Positions 39,153 through 53,418 are shown, counted from the stretch's first letter. The stretch: 64,000 nt of DNA from Octopus vulgaris (GCA_951406725.2 OX597822.1:103354001-103418000); one strand, 5' to 3'. Program-made: numbers and translations. Notes: a model not told the origin generated them from the sequence alone.

Positions 39153-40315
39153 TAATAGGCGCAGGAGTGGCTGTGTGGTAAGTAGCCTGCTTACCAGCCA
39201 CATGGTTCCGGGTTCATTCCCACTGCTGGCCGTTACACTGGGAGATCCAATGTCATACGGGTAGCTCCACTTAATGCTCGTATAAGTCTATAATGCCATT
39301 CGTACCATCATTAGGCCCTCCGGTAGTCTAGAAGTGTTGGAACTGCAGATCACCCCCACTCTGTTTCAACGTTCTCGTTTTGTGATATGAAGGCCATCAG
39401 ATTTCATTGGCCCTCCTAACTAGCACGAAGTTCAGCTGCCTGCGGATGGTTGTTGTTGCAGTGACGTTAAAGTCTGTTGTTTTGATTCTGTTGTGGGTCT
39501 TTGTGATGGTGTTGGTGATTGTGGTGCTTGTAGTGTTGGTGTTGTCACCAGTATCTGTTTGTTGTTTTTTGGTTTTCTCCCATTTTTATCTGTATCTTTC
39601 TTTTTTTTTGTTTACCTTTTGGGCTCTCCCTCATCATCACTTGGATGCGTAGAGTAGTCCGTATCGTGTATGTTTTCTTCTGGTGTTGTTTGTTCTGGTT
39701 CTCTTGTAGTTGTTGTTGCTCCTGCTACTGTAACTTCCGCCTCTACTGCTGGTGCTGCTCCCACTGCCACATTTACTCTAATACCTGCCTGCTTTGTCTC
39801 CTTGGGTTCAATTTCTGTTTCTATTCCTCTGTCTTTCTGTTGTTGTTGTCTTTGTTGTTTTTGTCGACTCATGGGTTGTGGTTCTTCGTTTGGACATTTC
39901 TTTTTGCACTTCTGTTCTGGTTCTGTGGGCAGTGAAACCGTAAGTGGCCCGTTGAACCACAATCGTGGCCCCTCGGTCTTTTGCCCCCACAGTAACCCTT
40001 AGTTCTACTCTATTCGAGAGGGAAATCAGGTCTGGGGCTTTCTTTAACTGCTCTGGCTTTACGTGGAGTTCCAACCCAACCCAATTCTCCCTCCAATCTT
40101 TTAACAGCCAGGAGATTCTCCCCGCCGACCGTACAAATACAGATGCGAGTCCACCATAAATCTAAGCCTGATGGGACTCCAGGTATTGTAATTCGTTCCG
40201 CACTTCTTCCTATGTAATTTGGGAAGAGGGCGATTTCCTCGGTACGACACGTGGCCACCGTGTTCTGTATCGCCTGCTCCTCAGTCTTAAAAACGACCTC
40301 TACTTCGCTGTAATG

Positions 40316-40691
40316 CCCCGTGGTTAGGGCAGCGGACTTGCGGTCATAGGATCGCGGTTTCGATTCCCAGACCGGGCGTTGTGAGTGTTTATTGAGCGAA
40401 AACGCCTAAAGCTCCACGAGGCTCCGGCAGGGGATGGTGGTGATCCCTTCTGTACTCTTTCACCACAACTTTCTCTCACTCTTACTTCCTGTTTCTGTTG
40501 TACCTGTATTTCAAGGGGCCGGCCTTGGCACTCTCTGTGTCACGCTGAATATCCCCGAGAACTACGTTAAGAGTGCACGTGTACGTGTCTGTGGAGTGCT
40601 CATCCACTTACACGTTAATTTCACGAGCAGGCTGTTCCGTTGATTCGGATCAACCGGAACCCTCGTCGTCGTAACCGACGGAGTGCTTCCA
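40316..40691 (+). mobile_element. SINE family B
   Basis: Identity to 33203-33572. Confidence 0.85.
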
Positions 40692-41024
40692 TATGTCTTC
40701 AAGGCTTTTCCCACCTGGTCGCGTTTAGCATTTTCGAGTTTCCTTGTCTTTTTGTTCATGCACCTGTAGAGAACTGTCCGTTTGGCTGTTGCATCGAGAA
40801 CGTCGCTTGGAGGCGTCAATTCTGCCCTCCTTCCATTCATTTTCATATACTTTGCTGCCTTTTCTAGTTTTTCTATTTTCTTCTCCAGTGAGATGTTAAC
40901 CGATTCCTTAGTTGCCGTGATATTCTCAAAACGTTTCTTTCCCACCGCTAACCTCATTTTTGTTGCTTTCAATATTGTTTTGCGTGCTACTACGATTTCC
41001 ATGTAGTGAGGAAAACTTTACCCT

Positions 41025-41291
41025 TTCTTCTTCTTGTTCTTCTTCTTGTTCTTCTTGTTTTTCTTGTTCTTGTTCTTGTTCTTCTTCTTCTTCTTCTTCT
41101 TCTTCTTCTTCTTCTTCTCCTCCTCCTCCTCCTCCTTCTTCTTCTTCTTCTTCTTCTTCTTCTTCTTCTTCGTCTTCTTCTTCTTCTTCTTCTTCTTCTT
41201 CTTCTCCTCTTCTTCTTCTTCTTCTTCTTCTTCTCCTTCTCCTCCTCCTCCTCCTTCTTCTTCTTCTTCTTCTTCTTCTTCGTCTTCTTCT

Positions 41292-41338
<47 letters not shown>

Positions 41339-41423
41339 TTCTTCTTCTTCTTCTCCTCCTCCTCCTCCTCCTTCTTCTTCTTCTTCTTCTTCTTCTTCTT
41401 CTTCTTCTTCTTCTTCTTCTTCC
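41025..41423. repeat. (TTC)n/(CCT)n polypyrimidine tract
   Basis: About 400 bp of nearly pure pyrimidine on the + strand. Confidence 0.95.
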
Positions 41424-41719
41424 TGCTGTCTACTACCGATCATGGTCGGGAGGACGGGGAAGTTCTCGTGCAAATTGCAGTCCCACCTTCATTTCTCCCT
41501 CCCGCTTTTCGTCGCTATCTTCAACGTTTACATTCTTTCAAAGCAAATTTTCGAAGAAATTTGAACACAAAAAAAAGTTTGTATCATCCCACCCCAAATG
41601 GAGCTTTGGTTAATAGACGTCAGCCTCCCGCCCCAGAAGAGCTTGCTGGATTGCAAAACGATTTAACCAACAAAACACAGTCTAGAATCTTTTAAAGCAA
41701 GTGAATTAAACATGAACTT

Positions 41720-42108
41720 GGAAGGAAGCACTCCGTCGGTTCCGACGACGAGGGTTCCGGTTGATCCGAATCAACGGAACAGCCTGCTCGTGAAATTAAC
41801 GTGTAAGTGGCTGAGCACTCCACAGACACGTGCACCTTTAACGTAGTTCTCGGGGATATTCAGCGTGACACAGAGAGTGACAAGGCCGGCCCTTTGAAAT
41901 ACAGGTACAAGAGAAACAGGAAGTAAGAGTGAGACAAAGATGTGGTGAAAGAGTACAGCAGGGATCACCACTATCTCCTGCCGGAGCCTTGTGGAGCTTT
42001 AAGTGTTTCTCGCTCAATAAACACTCACAACGCCCGGTCTGGGAATCGAAACCGCGATCCTATGACCGCGAGTCCGCTGCCCTAACCATTGGGCCATTGC
42101 GCCTCCAC
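41720..42108 (-). mobile_element. SINE family B
   Basis: 12-bp TSD AAACATGAACTT at 41708-41719 and 42109-42120. Confidence 0.9.
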
Positions 42109-43229
42109 AAACATGAACTTACAGCGCTTTAAAAACACACCTCTAGCTATGGCGATAATAATAACAACAGCAACAACAATAATAATAATAATAATAATAA
42201 TGATTTTGTTAAAAGGTTTGGCGTAACTCTTCACAAAAGTAAACTGTCAAGACGATTGTAATAGACATTTTATTGGGAGAACGATATTTCGACAGTAAGT
42301 CTGGCTTTGTCATATTCAAAATAAGAGGTGATAAAAATTCAAAATAATGATGATAATAATAACAATAATAATAATAAGTACGAGACTCTCGTGGCTTCTG
42401 ATCTTAACTGGTTGGAAGTGTTATCATGTACATTGTTTTGTCTTGGTATAAAAGATGGGCTACAGCAAATATTCTGCTCAGTACCACAGATTTGCTTGTC
42501 AGTTGTTTCACCTTAACCAGTCGAGCTTGTCTCTTAGTAGCTGACGATATATGCATCTCTGATCACGAGCAGAAGTAGTGGGAGAGCATCATAGCCGTGT
42601 GTTGAGAGGAATTCTTAGAGGTTTGGATAATTCACATTTGGAAACATTGGTGGTTCGTTCAACATCCTTAAACAACCCTTATTCGCCGTCTTAATAATAC
42701 TAATGATAATAATAATAATAATACCAGGCAGTGGCTCTGCCCTGATGCAATACCAGACAGTGGCTCTCATGTCTTCTGATCTTAACTGATTGGAAGTGTT
42801 ATTATGTACATTGTTTTGTCTGCTCAGTACCACAGATTTGCTTGTCAGTTGTTTGACCTTAACCATTCGAGCTTGTCCCTTAGTGGCTGACGATATGTGC
42901 ATCTCTGATCATGAGCAAAAGTAGTGTGGGAGAATCATAACCATGAGGAATTCCTTGGGGTTTGAATAATAACCTCTGGAAACATGGGTGTCTTATTCAT
43001 AGACCTTTTTCGTGGAGTGGGCTACTCGACCCGAAGAAAATTCTAACTGCGCCCTCACTAGTAAGGTCATGCGCTGTTTATCTTGATATGTCGCGCATAT
43101 ATGGTTGTGATGCATATGCCTGGTGTGCTCTTATCAAACGAATAGTCATAATGGGTATATTGGACTTCGTATATTTGTATCCTAGTGTCACTTTCATGGC
43201 ATACGCTGCCCTCTCACTCAATGATGATG

Positions 43230-43294
<65 letters not shown>

Positions 43295-43298
<4 letters not shown>

Positions 43299-43853
43299 GC
43301 CCTGATGCAGTACCAGGCAGTGGCTCTCATGGCTTCTGATCTTAACTGATTGGAAGTGTTATCATGTACATTGTTTTGTCTTGGTATAAAAGATGGGCTA
43401 CAGCAAATATTCTGCTCAATACCACAGATTTGCTTGTCAGTTGTTTGACCTTAACCAGTTGAGCATGTTCCTTAGTGGCTGACAATACGTGCATCTCTAA
43501 TCACGAGCAGAAGTAGTGGGGGAGCATCATAGCCATGTGTTGAGAGTGATTCTTTGGGGTTTGAATAATTCACCTCTGGAAACATGGGTGGTTCTTTCAA
43601 CATCCTTAAACAACCCTTATTCAGGGACCTTTTGAATGGGATGGGCTACTCAACCTGAAGAAAATTCTAACTGGGCCCCACCTGCAAGGTCATGTGCTGT
43701 TTATCTTGATATGAGATCACCATGTCGCGCACATATGGTTGTGATGCATGTGCCTGGTGTACCCTTATCAGACGGGTAGTCATGATGGGTATATTGGGCT
43801 TCGTATATTTTACCCCAGTGTCACTTTGATGGCATGAACTGCTCTCTCACTCA
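43295..43853. mobile_element. ~560-bp TAA-embedded element, second full copy
   Basis: Near-identical to 38508-39066. Confidence 0.85.
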
Positions 43854-43865
43854 ATAATAATAATG

Positions 43866-43916
<51 letters not shown>

Positions 43917-44049
43917 TTAATAATAATAATAATAATAATAATAATGTCAGATCAGGGGAAGTAATGAAAGGAATCGGTTGGAATCTTCCCATGTCCTGAT
44001 TGATGATGTCACAATAGAAACACTGGTATTTGCACAATTTTATAATCGC

Positions 44050-44660
44050 TACCTCATAAGTGTGTCAATGAAAAAACAAAATAATGTGAATAACGGTGGT
44101 AGAGAAATCCTTGATGGTGACAGTGTCGCACCCGGCAAGCTCAGAGATACTGGTTCGACTCCAGCTTGTCGGTATCCAACAAGGAACCAGCACACACGGC
44201 GCAGATGGAACAAACAAGTCAATGCCGTGGTCATGGAGTGTTACTTTCTGAGCAACCCTGAATTTGAATTTGATTTGGAAAATCCTATAAAATCTTGCAT
44301 TTCTGTGTCTCAAGCACTCTTTCAATACGCTGATTATACCAATTATTATTTGCTTAAAATCCCCATTTTTGAGAAAACTTTCGCAACTTGGTGATACCTT
44401 CACTTCTTATGTTCTCTTTGGGCTAACTTGGGACACTCTGCAACCATGTGTGCCATTGTTTCACCCCAAATTCCATACACTCTACATTTAGCTAATACCT
44501 TTCTTCCCATACACATATTTTCTCAACTAGTTTGTTTTTAAAGCTTGATCTTGAGCTACTATAATGAGGCTCTCTGTTCCTGGTTTTAATTACCCTTTTT
44601 TCACAGAAGCTCAGGTTTTTGCTCCACATAATCCTCAGTGGCTTTCCAAACCTGCCCACG
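44050..44660. mobile_element. Two R4-like LINE fragments in opposite orientation
   Basis: The + strand reads RRRWNKQVNAVVMECYFLSNP (N-terminal R4-like motif). The - strand reads CRVYG..GETMAHMVAECPKLAQ (CCHC region). Confidence 0.55.
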
Positions 44661-44661
44661 C

Positions 44662-47600
44662 TTAACAACAAAAACAGACGAACAGAGAAAGAAACAATAA
44701 TTGTATGATTGAGTGAGAGATATGTCTCCGCAAAAATTTCACTATGAAAATTCAAATTCAAATTTAACGTCAAAATTTGTCATACTTTTTTCTCTCTTTC
44801 ATTTGCAACTTGCTCTCTTTGAATTTCGTTCTTCTCTTTTTCTTCTATTCCATACTTGACCACCTGTTCCTTAGTAATTTCTCTGGGCTGTTTGTAAATA
44901 TTCTAGCAGGCGTTGTCTTCCCATTTGTATACACTCTTCCACAACAATTAAGTCTCTTCCAATATCATTAACGCGTTGGAAAAAATGTCTGGCGGCATTT
45001 CTTCCGGCTATTTACATTACGAGTTAAAATTCTACTGAGATCAGCTTTACCTTTCACCCTTTCTGAACCGATAAGTATCACTGGGGTCGATGCAATCGAT
45101 TAGCTCCCTGCCCCTATAACTATTGGCTTTTTGCTCAAAACATGTTAAAAGTACAGTTCTATATTTAAGAGATGAGGAATTATGTACATTATTTACATTC
45201 GACGTCGTGTAAACAACAAACAAGATGAGGACAAATATTCATCGGATGTAAATAATGTAAATAATGATACAAGTAGTTTAACAAAATGATAACCGCTGTA
45301 AGTCTGCATGTGAAGATCCTTTTTGCCTTGTACCTTCAACTCTTTGACGGAGTCTTAGGGGCTGTAGTGACATGCAGAATATCTTTCGAATTTTCAGGCC
45401 TGGTGGTGCTCATCTCTCTTTAGATCTGGCCATTATCGATTTCTTCCAGAAGAGAGAAAACCAATCACACAGGAAGAAACATTGAGAGAAAAAAGAATCG
45501 ACCCCGGCACAAGATTATGACTTTATTTTATCAATACCGAAAAGATGAACGGTTAAGTCTACCTCAACGGGATTTGAACTCGGAGTACAGAGAGCCGGTA
45601 TATTTAGCACATATCAAAATAATCGATAATGTAGGATTATGCTCATTCGGATCAACATTCAACACTATCGCAGCAATACATTTAGTCAGTAAGAAAGTAC
45701 TTGTTAAATACTGGGGTCAGTTTTATCGGATGTACATCTTCTTCAAAATGTGCGTGTTCGTGCCTAAATTATTATTATTAAGAATAAAAATAGAAATGAA
45801 AATTAATCACATCGTTCTTCTGCTCATTTCTCAATTATATGCAACGCATTCTTTCTTATAAACACGTAATTTTGTAGCGATGGGAAAAAAAAGAAGTTTA
45901 ACAACAAAAACAGACGAATAGAGAAAGAAACAATAATTGTATGATTGAGTGAGAGATATGTCTCCACAAAAATTTCACTATGAAAATTCAAATTCAAATT
46001 TAACGTCAAAATTTGTCATACTTTTTTCTCTCTTTCATTTGCAACTTGCTCTCTTTGAATTTCGTTCTTCTCTTTTTCTTCTATTCCATACTTGACCACC
46101 TGTTCCTTAGTAATTTCTCTGGGCTGTTTTGTAAATATTCTAGCAGGCGTTGTCTTCCCATTTGTATACACTCTTCCACAACAATTAAGTCTCTTCCAAT
46201 ATCATTAACGCGTTGGAGAAAATGCCTGGCGGCATTTCTTCCGGCTATTTACATTACGAGTTAAAATTCTACTGAGATCAGCTTTACCTTTCACCCTTTC
46301 TGAACCGATAAGTATCACTGGGGTCGATGCAATCGATTAGCTCCCTGCCCCTATAACTATTGGCTTTTTGCTCAAAACATGTTACAAGTACAGTTCTATA
46401 TTTAAGAGATGAGGAATTATATACATTATTTACATTCGACGTCGTGTAAACAACAAACAAGATGAGGACAAATATTCATCGGATGTAAATAATGTTAATA
46501 ATGATACAAGTAGTTTAACAAAATGATAACCGCTGCAAGTCTGCATGTGAAGATCCTTTTTGCCTTGTACCTTCAACTCTTTGACGGAGTCTTAGGGGCT
46601 GTAGTGACATGCAGAATATCTTTCGAATTTTCAGCCTGGTGGTGCTCATCTCTCTTTAGATCTGGCCATTATCGATTTCTTCCAGAAGAGAGAAAACCAA
46701 TCACACAGGAAGAAACATTGAGAGAAAAAAGAATCGACCCCGGCACAAGATTATGATTTTATTTTATCAATACCGAAAAGATGAACGGTTAAGTCTACCT
46801 CAACGGGATTTGAACTCGGAGTACAGAGAGCCGGTATATTTAGCACATATCAAAATAATCGATAATGTAGGATTATGCTCATTCGGATCAACATTCAACA
46901 CTATCGCAGCAATACATTTAGTCAGTAAGAAAGTACTTGTTAAATACTGGGGTCAGTTTTATCGGATGTACATCTTCTTCAAAATGTGCGTGTTCGTGCC
47001 TAAATTATTATTATTAAGAATAAAAATAGAAATGAAAATTAATCACATCGTTCTTCTGCTCATTTCTCAATTATATGCAACGCATTCTTTCTTATAAACA
47101 CGTAATTTTGTAGCGATGGGAAAAAAAGAAGTTTAACAACAAAAACAGACGAATAGAGAAAGAAACAATAATTGTATGATTGAGTGAGAGATATGTTTCC
47201 GCAAAAATTTCACTATGAAAATTCAAATTCAAATTTAACGTCAAAATTTGTCATACTTTTTTCTCTTTCATTTGCAACTTGCTCTCTTTGGATTTCGTTC
47301 TTCTCTTTTTCTTCTATTCCATACTTGACCACCTGTTCCTTAGTAATTTCTCTGGGCTGTTCTGTAAATATTCTAGCAGGCTTTGTCTTCCCATCTGTAT
47401 ACACTCTTCCACAACAATTAAGCCTCTTCCAATATCGTTAAGCCGTTGGAGAAAATGCCTAGCGGCATTTCTTCCGGCTATTTACATTCCGAATTAAAAT
47501 TCTGCTGAGATCAGCTTTACCTTTCACCCTTTCTGAACCGATAAGTATCATTGGGGTCGATGCAATCGATTAGCTCACTGCCCCTATAACTATTGGCCTT

Positions 47601-48525
47601 TTGCTCAAAACATTATACAAGTACAGTTCTATATTTAAGAGATGAGGAATTACGTACATTATTTACATTATTTACATTCGACGTTGTGTTAACAACAAAC
47701 AAAATGAGGACAAATATTCATCGGATGTAAATAATGTTAATAATGATACAAGTAGTTTAACAAAATGATAACCGCTGCAAGTCTGCATGTGAAGATCCTT
47801 TTTGCCTTGTACCTTCAACTCTTTGACGGAGTCTTAGGGGCTGTAGTGACATGCAGAATATCTTTCGAATTTTCAGACCTGGTGGTGCTCATCTCTCTTT
47901 AGATCTGGCCAATATCGATTTCTTCCAGAAGAGAGAAAACCAATCACACAGGAAGAAACATTGAGAGAAAAAAGAATCGACCCCGGCACAAGATTATGAC
48001 TTTATTTTATCCATACCGAAAAGATGAACGGTTAAGTCTACCTCAACGGGATTTGAACTCGGAGTACAGAGAGCCGGAATATTTACGACATATCAAAATA
48101 ATCGATAATGTAGGATTATGCTCATTCGGATCAACATTCAACACTATCGCAGCAATACATCTAGTCAGTAAGAAAGTACTTGTTAAATACTGGGGTCAGT
48201 TTTATCGGATGTACATCTTCTTCAAAATGTGCGTGTTCGTGCCTAAATTATTATTATTAAGAATAAAAATAGAAATGAAAATTAATCACATCGTTCTTCT
48301 GCTCATTTCTCAATTATATGCAACGCATTCTTTCTTATAAACACGTAATTTTGTAGCAATGGGAAAAAGAAAGAAGCTTAACTACAAAAACAGACGAACA
48401 GAGAAAGAAACAATAATTGTATGATTGAGTGAGAGATATGTCTCCGCAAAAATTTCACGATGAAAATTCAAATTCAAGTTTAACGTCAAAATTTGTCATA
48501 CTTTCTTTTTTCTCTTTCATTTGCT
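44662..48525 (+). repeat. Tandem duplication, ~1.24-kb unit x 3.1
   Basis: The unit start TTAAC(A/T)ACAAAAACAGACGAA recurs at 44662, 45898, 47133 and 48378. Units are highly similar. Confidence 0.95.
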
Positions 48526-49344
48526 CAGAATTTGTTGTATATAAATTATCAATAACTTTATATATTTCAATTCGATACATTTTCTTCGGGTTTGCATGTT
48601 TTTTTTCTTCAGAATAAGGATGTATTCTCTATTCATGACTTTTAAAGTAAATCGATATGTGACAATCTGACATTTAAGCGATAGTTTAATATAAAATTCA
48701 TTGGCTGTCAAGAATGGTATGCATAAATGTATGTATGTATGTATGTATGTATGTATGTATGTATGTATGTATGTATGTATGTATGTATGTATGTATGTAT
48801 GTATGTATGCATGCATGTGCGTGTATGCATGTATGTATGTATGTGTATGTGTGTGCCAGCCATTATTCAGTTTTATTTCAAGATTTCTTGTCAAAGAGAA
48901 GGAGCCGGTTTCTAATCTAGATTCAAGGCTCCTTTATTAGAATTTCATCATAACAGGGCATTTTTGCATGTATTTGTGTATATGCGCAGTATTTGCAGGA
49001 CTTGCTTTATGTATGTATTCTCATGCATATATTTGCATGTCTAGAAATGCGCATATTTTCCTAAATGGTAAATTTTCGGAAAGTTTTTTAACAAACTTTT
49101 AAAGTCACGTCTTGGATCTGCAGTCTTCGAATCAGCTTTCTCCTTTCTGGTTTTGAGAAGCCTAATTATATAAGCTTAACCTTGTAATCTGGACAGAGTA
49201 ACTGTAAATTTACTCAATAGTTCAGCGTAGGCATTTTCTTTTTCGCTATGTTTTTTAGCTTTACGTTAACATCCGCCAGGGGGCTGATTTCTACTACAGT
49301 ACACAGTTTCTCTTCTCTGTCTCAATCACTACGTCATGTCTATC

Positions 49345-49752
49345 TTACTCTTTTACTTGTTTCAGTCATTCGACTGCGGCCATGCTGGAGCACCGCCTTT
49401 AGTCGAGCAAATCGACCCTGGGACTTATTCTTTGTAAGCCCAGTACTTATTCTATCGGTCTCTTTTGCCGAACCGCTAAGTGACGGGGACGTAAACACAC
49501 CAGCATCGGTTGTCAAGCAATGCTAGGGGGACAAACACAGACACACAAACACACACACACACACTTATATATATATATGCATATATACGACAGGCTTCTT
49601 TCAGTTTCCGTCTACCAAATCCACTCACAAGGCTTTGGTCGGCCCGAGGCTATAGCAGAAGACACTTGCCCAAAATGCCACGCAGTGGGACTGAACCCGG
49701 AACCATGTGGTTGGTTAGCAAGCTACTTACCACACAGCCACTCCTGCGCCTA
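49345..49752 (-). mobile_element. SINE family D
   Basis: Identity to 19833-20234. Confidence 0.85.
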
Positions 49753-49920
49753 TTATGTTTACATTTTATCGAGGGTTTCACTGGAACAATCCACCAGTCC
49801 TTTTTTTATTTTATGAGTGGCTACGACCTGTACCATACTGTGGGTTCTTATTTATTTAACCTCAGAGTTATCCTTCCGACGGATCTCATTAAACAGTGTC
49901 CTGGCTACAGCTTCACGTCT

Positions 49921-49963
49921 CATCATCATCATGATCATCATCATGATCATCATCATGATCATG

Positions 49964-50005
<42 letters not shown>

Positions 50006-50506
50006 GTTTAACGTCCGTTTTCCGCGCTAGCACGGGTTGGACGGTTCGACCGGGGTCTGGGAAGCCGGGGGCTGCACCAGGCTCCAGTTTGATCTGGCAG
50101 AGTTTCTACAGCTGGATGCCCTTCCTAACGCCAACCACTCCGCGAGTGTAGTGGATGCTTTTTACGTGCCACCTGCATAGGTGCCAGAGGTCCGGCATCG
50201 GCCACGATCGGTTGGAGCTTTTAACGTGCCACCGGCACGGAAGCCAGCCAAGGCGGCGCTGGCAACGGCCACGTTCGGATGGTGCTTTTTATGTGCCACC
50301 GGCACTACAGCCAGTCGAGGCAGCACTGGCATCGGCCACGTTCGGATGGTGCTTTTTATGTGCCACCGGCACTAGAGCCAGTCGAGGCAGCGCTGGCATC
50401 GGCCACGTTCGGATGGTGCTTTTTATGTGCCACCGGCACTAGAGCCAGTCGAGGCAGCGCTTGCATCGGCCACGTTCGGACGGTGCTTTTTATGTGCCAC
50501 CGGCAC
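49921..50506 (-). mobile_element. Retroposon 3' end with (GAT)n tail plus a 67-bp GC-rich minisatellite (50228-50506)
   Basis: A (CAT)n tract precedes the GGATGCCCTTCCTAACGCCAACC motif. GCCACCGGCAC recurs at 50228, 50295, 50362, 50429 and 50496. Confidence 0.7.
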
Positions 50507-50937
50507 GACATTAAACTTAGTACTTATTCTGTCTCTTTTGCTGAACTTCTACCTTACGGGGACATAAACAAACTGACATCGGTTGTCAAAGCGATGGTGG
50601 GAGACAAACATAAAAACACCACACACACATGCACACACACACATACACACACACACATACATACAAAGACTATTTACAATGGTATCCGCAGGAAGGACTG
50701 CCCTAACGCACACATCAACGGCATGTTAAAACCAGCAGGTATTCACACCTTTAAAATATAAGGAATATGAATATAAATTCCTTATATTCATAAGGAATGT
50801 AAATATAAAGGAATATTTATATGAGGAATTATATAAATATAATTTATATAAAACAAATTATATTTTATATAATAAAACATAAGGAATAAGGTGTGAATAT
50901 AAGGAATGACATTTACACCTTTAAAATATAAGGAATA

Positions 50938-51434
50938 TCTATATATATAAAACTGTAGTTGTGTGAGTGTCTGTCCCCTTCGATTTAGATTCCTAACTAC
51001 TCCCACATTTTGCGGTGCAGTTTAACCAAATTCGGGTATCTTATAGTCGTGATTAATATCGAGCCCGTCTGGCTATTAGCGCGCGTCTACGATGAGTCTA
51101 CGATTTTAAAAATAATTTAACATAATTTTTTATTCCATTTTAATGCATAATTTTTCGTGTGTCGATGGCGGCGGAGTTGGCGTCCATGGTCACACCTGCA
51201 CCTGTTTGCTTCTCCCCCTTCTTCCCTCCCTCGTGAAGCTGTGGAAATCAACGTCGTAAAGCGTTGTCAAGGAGACCAGCGTTCTTTTAGAACAACGACT
51301 TCATGGCTTGAAGACACCAAAACAGAAATGGCTAAGAAAGCCCGAATTGGCATCTATAAGGGAAGTAACTCTCTAAAAATGCTTATATAGTTATTTCCCT
51401 TACAAACCCGAGCAACGCCGGGCGATACTGCTAG
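50938..51434 (+). mobile_element. Non-autonomous Helitron with a distinct internal segment
   Basis: A|TC..., hairpin, CTAG|T. The internal 51157-51355 is absent from the other two copies. Confidence 0.85.
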
Positions 51435-51699
51435 TTATATATATTCCTAGAAACTGCAGTCCGTGCGTATCACTTAGGTTGACGAGGGAGGGATGACCTC
51501 CCTTTGCAAATACCATAAGCGCACAGAAAGTGTGCCTAAAGCCAGCTGGAGACGATGATCTCCTGGGGCTACAAGCTACAGTAACACCCACCCTTAGTGA
51601 TTAGCCATATTGAGATGGCTAGTATACCTTACATTGTCGTGCAGTTACTGTTTAAATCTCGTTGCTATCTATATTCCTTATATAAGAAATATAAGGAAT

Positions 51700-52092
51700 G
51701 GATGGATGGATGGAAGCACTCCGTCGGTTACGACGACGAGGGTTCCGGTTGATCCGAATCAACGGAACAGCCTGCTCGTGAAATTAACGTGTAAGTGGCT
51801 GAGCACTCCACAGACACACTCTTAACGTAGTTCTCGGGGATATTCAGCGTGACACAGAGAGTGACAAGGCCGGCCCTTTGAAATACAGGTACAACAGAAA
51901 CAGGAAGTAAGAGTGAGAGAAAGTTGTGGTGAAAGAGTACAGCAGGGATCACCACCATCCCCTGCCGGAGCCTCGTGGAGCTTTTAGGTGTTTTCGCTCA
52001 ATAAACACTCACAACGCCCGGTCTGGGAATCGAAGCCGCCATCCTATGACCGCGAGTCCGCTGCCCTAACCACTGGGCCATTGCGCCTCCAC
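51700..52092 (-). mobile_element. SINE family B
   Basis: 11-bp TSD ATATAAGGAAT at 51689-51699 and 52093-52103, with a (TCCA)n tail. Confidence 0.9.
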
Positions 52093-52697
52093 ATATAAGG
52101 AATAAAATATAAGGTATTCACACATTTAAAATATAAGGAATACTTTTTACAGAAGTGCTCCACTTCTGTAAAAACAACAATTCAGACCTGATAATGTTTC
52201 GTGGGCCAGGGAACAAAAATCATATTCTGTTGTAGAGGTCAGGTCAGCTGCCCAGCAGATGTGAATGTAAAATAACAAGCCCAGGAAGAAGAGAGCTTTT
52301 ACGGTGAATTAATATGGAATTTACAGATTGCCATTTGTACCTATCATCATAGAAGATTTAGATGATGTAACAAAACATTTCACAAACCATAGAAATACTG
52401 GGTTTCACGAAGAAAGAGCAAAAGAAACTGATACGGATTCTTCAACTCTAATCTACTAGTGGCACAGTGAAAATTTGTTAGAAATTCAAAAAATTCTCCA
52501 TCTGAGATTCTTATGTGAATAGACGCACTCACGTTGGTGTATGCATCGACACTCCAACCATCACACAAACCCAACCACATATTTACAAATGCCAGATAAG
52601 TCTTATCGCTTTGTTAGCGATTGGTTAGAACTCTTTTGAGAACTTAATTTAAACTCAAAGAGAAAAAAAAAGCATATTTGTATAGACATACATACCT

Positions 52698-52772
<75 letters not shown>

Positions 52773-53027
52773 CGCACAACACACACGAAGGCTGCTGAAA
52801 CGTTCCTGGCTTTCAGTAAAAGAAAATACAGCAGGATTTTATTCAACACATTCCCCTCTCAGATTCACACACATATAGCAGCGATACCTGAACTTTTCTA
52901 AGCCCTGGGAAAAAAAAAACACAGAAAAAAAACGAAAGGTTGGGCCTCCAATGAGGCCTTTCGCTATATTCTTAAAGCCAGCAAATTCTCAACACCTCTC
53001 GTACACACACACGCATACACAAACACA

Positions 53028-53132
<105 letters not shown>

Positions 53133-53318
53133 TTCGCCATGATAGATCGCTAGCCGCTACACATTCTTTATTTTCTCTCCTTGTTTCTTTCTGTGTCCCT
53201 TTCTGTGGAAGAGCGTAGGCTCGAAACGTTAAAGACTTTTTCACTTCCCTAGCGTTATACTAATACATCTGTTTGTTGTCTACACCACCTGTCTTCGTCT
53301 TTTGTTTTTTTTGTGAAT

Positions 53319-53418
<100 letters not shown>

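Larger units (their letters stand above)
39230..41700 (-). mobile_element. Degraded ORF1/gag-like element interrupted by a SINE and a (TTC)n expansion
   Basis: The coiled-coil ORF from 41002 continues across the SINE into SEVEVVFKTEEQAIQ..FPNYIGRSAERITIPGVP. A degenerate knuckle GHDCGSTGHLRFHCP and a Q/E/T-rich tail follow. Homologous to 1-1012. Confidence 0.65.

Noticed and set aside
40960-41695. Long poly-S/L/F/E/K ORFs (also 56608-57456 and the many YI/HT/CV/I/Y repeat ORFs)
   Set aside because: They are translations of microsatellites that lack stop codons.
45517-48340. 114-aa ORF conserved in three copies
   Set aside because: The conservation is explained by the recent tandem duplication. 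The ORF begins inside a reverse SINE fragment and has no recognisable domain.
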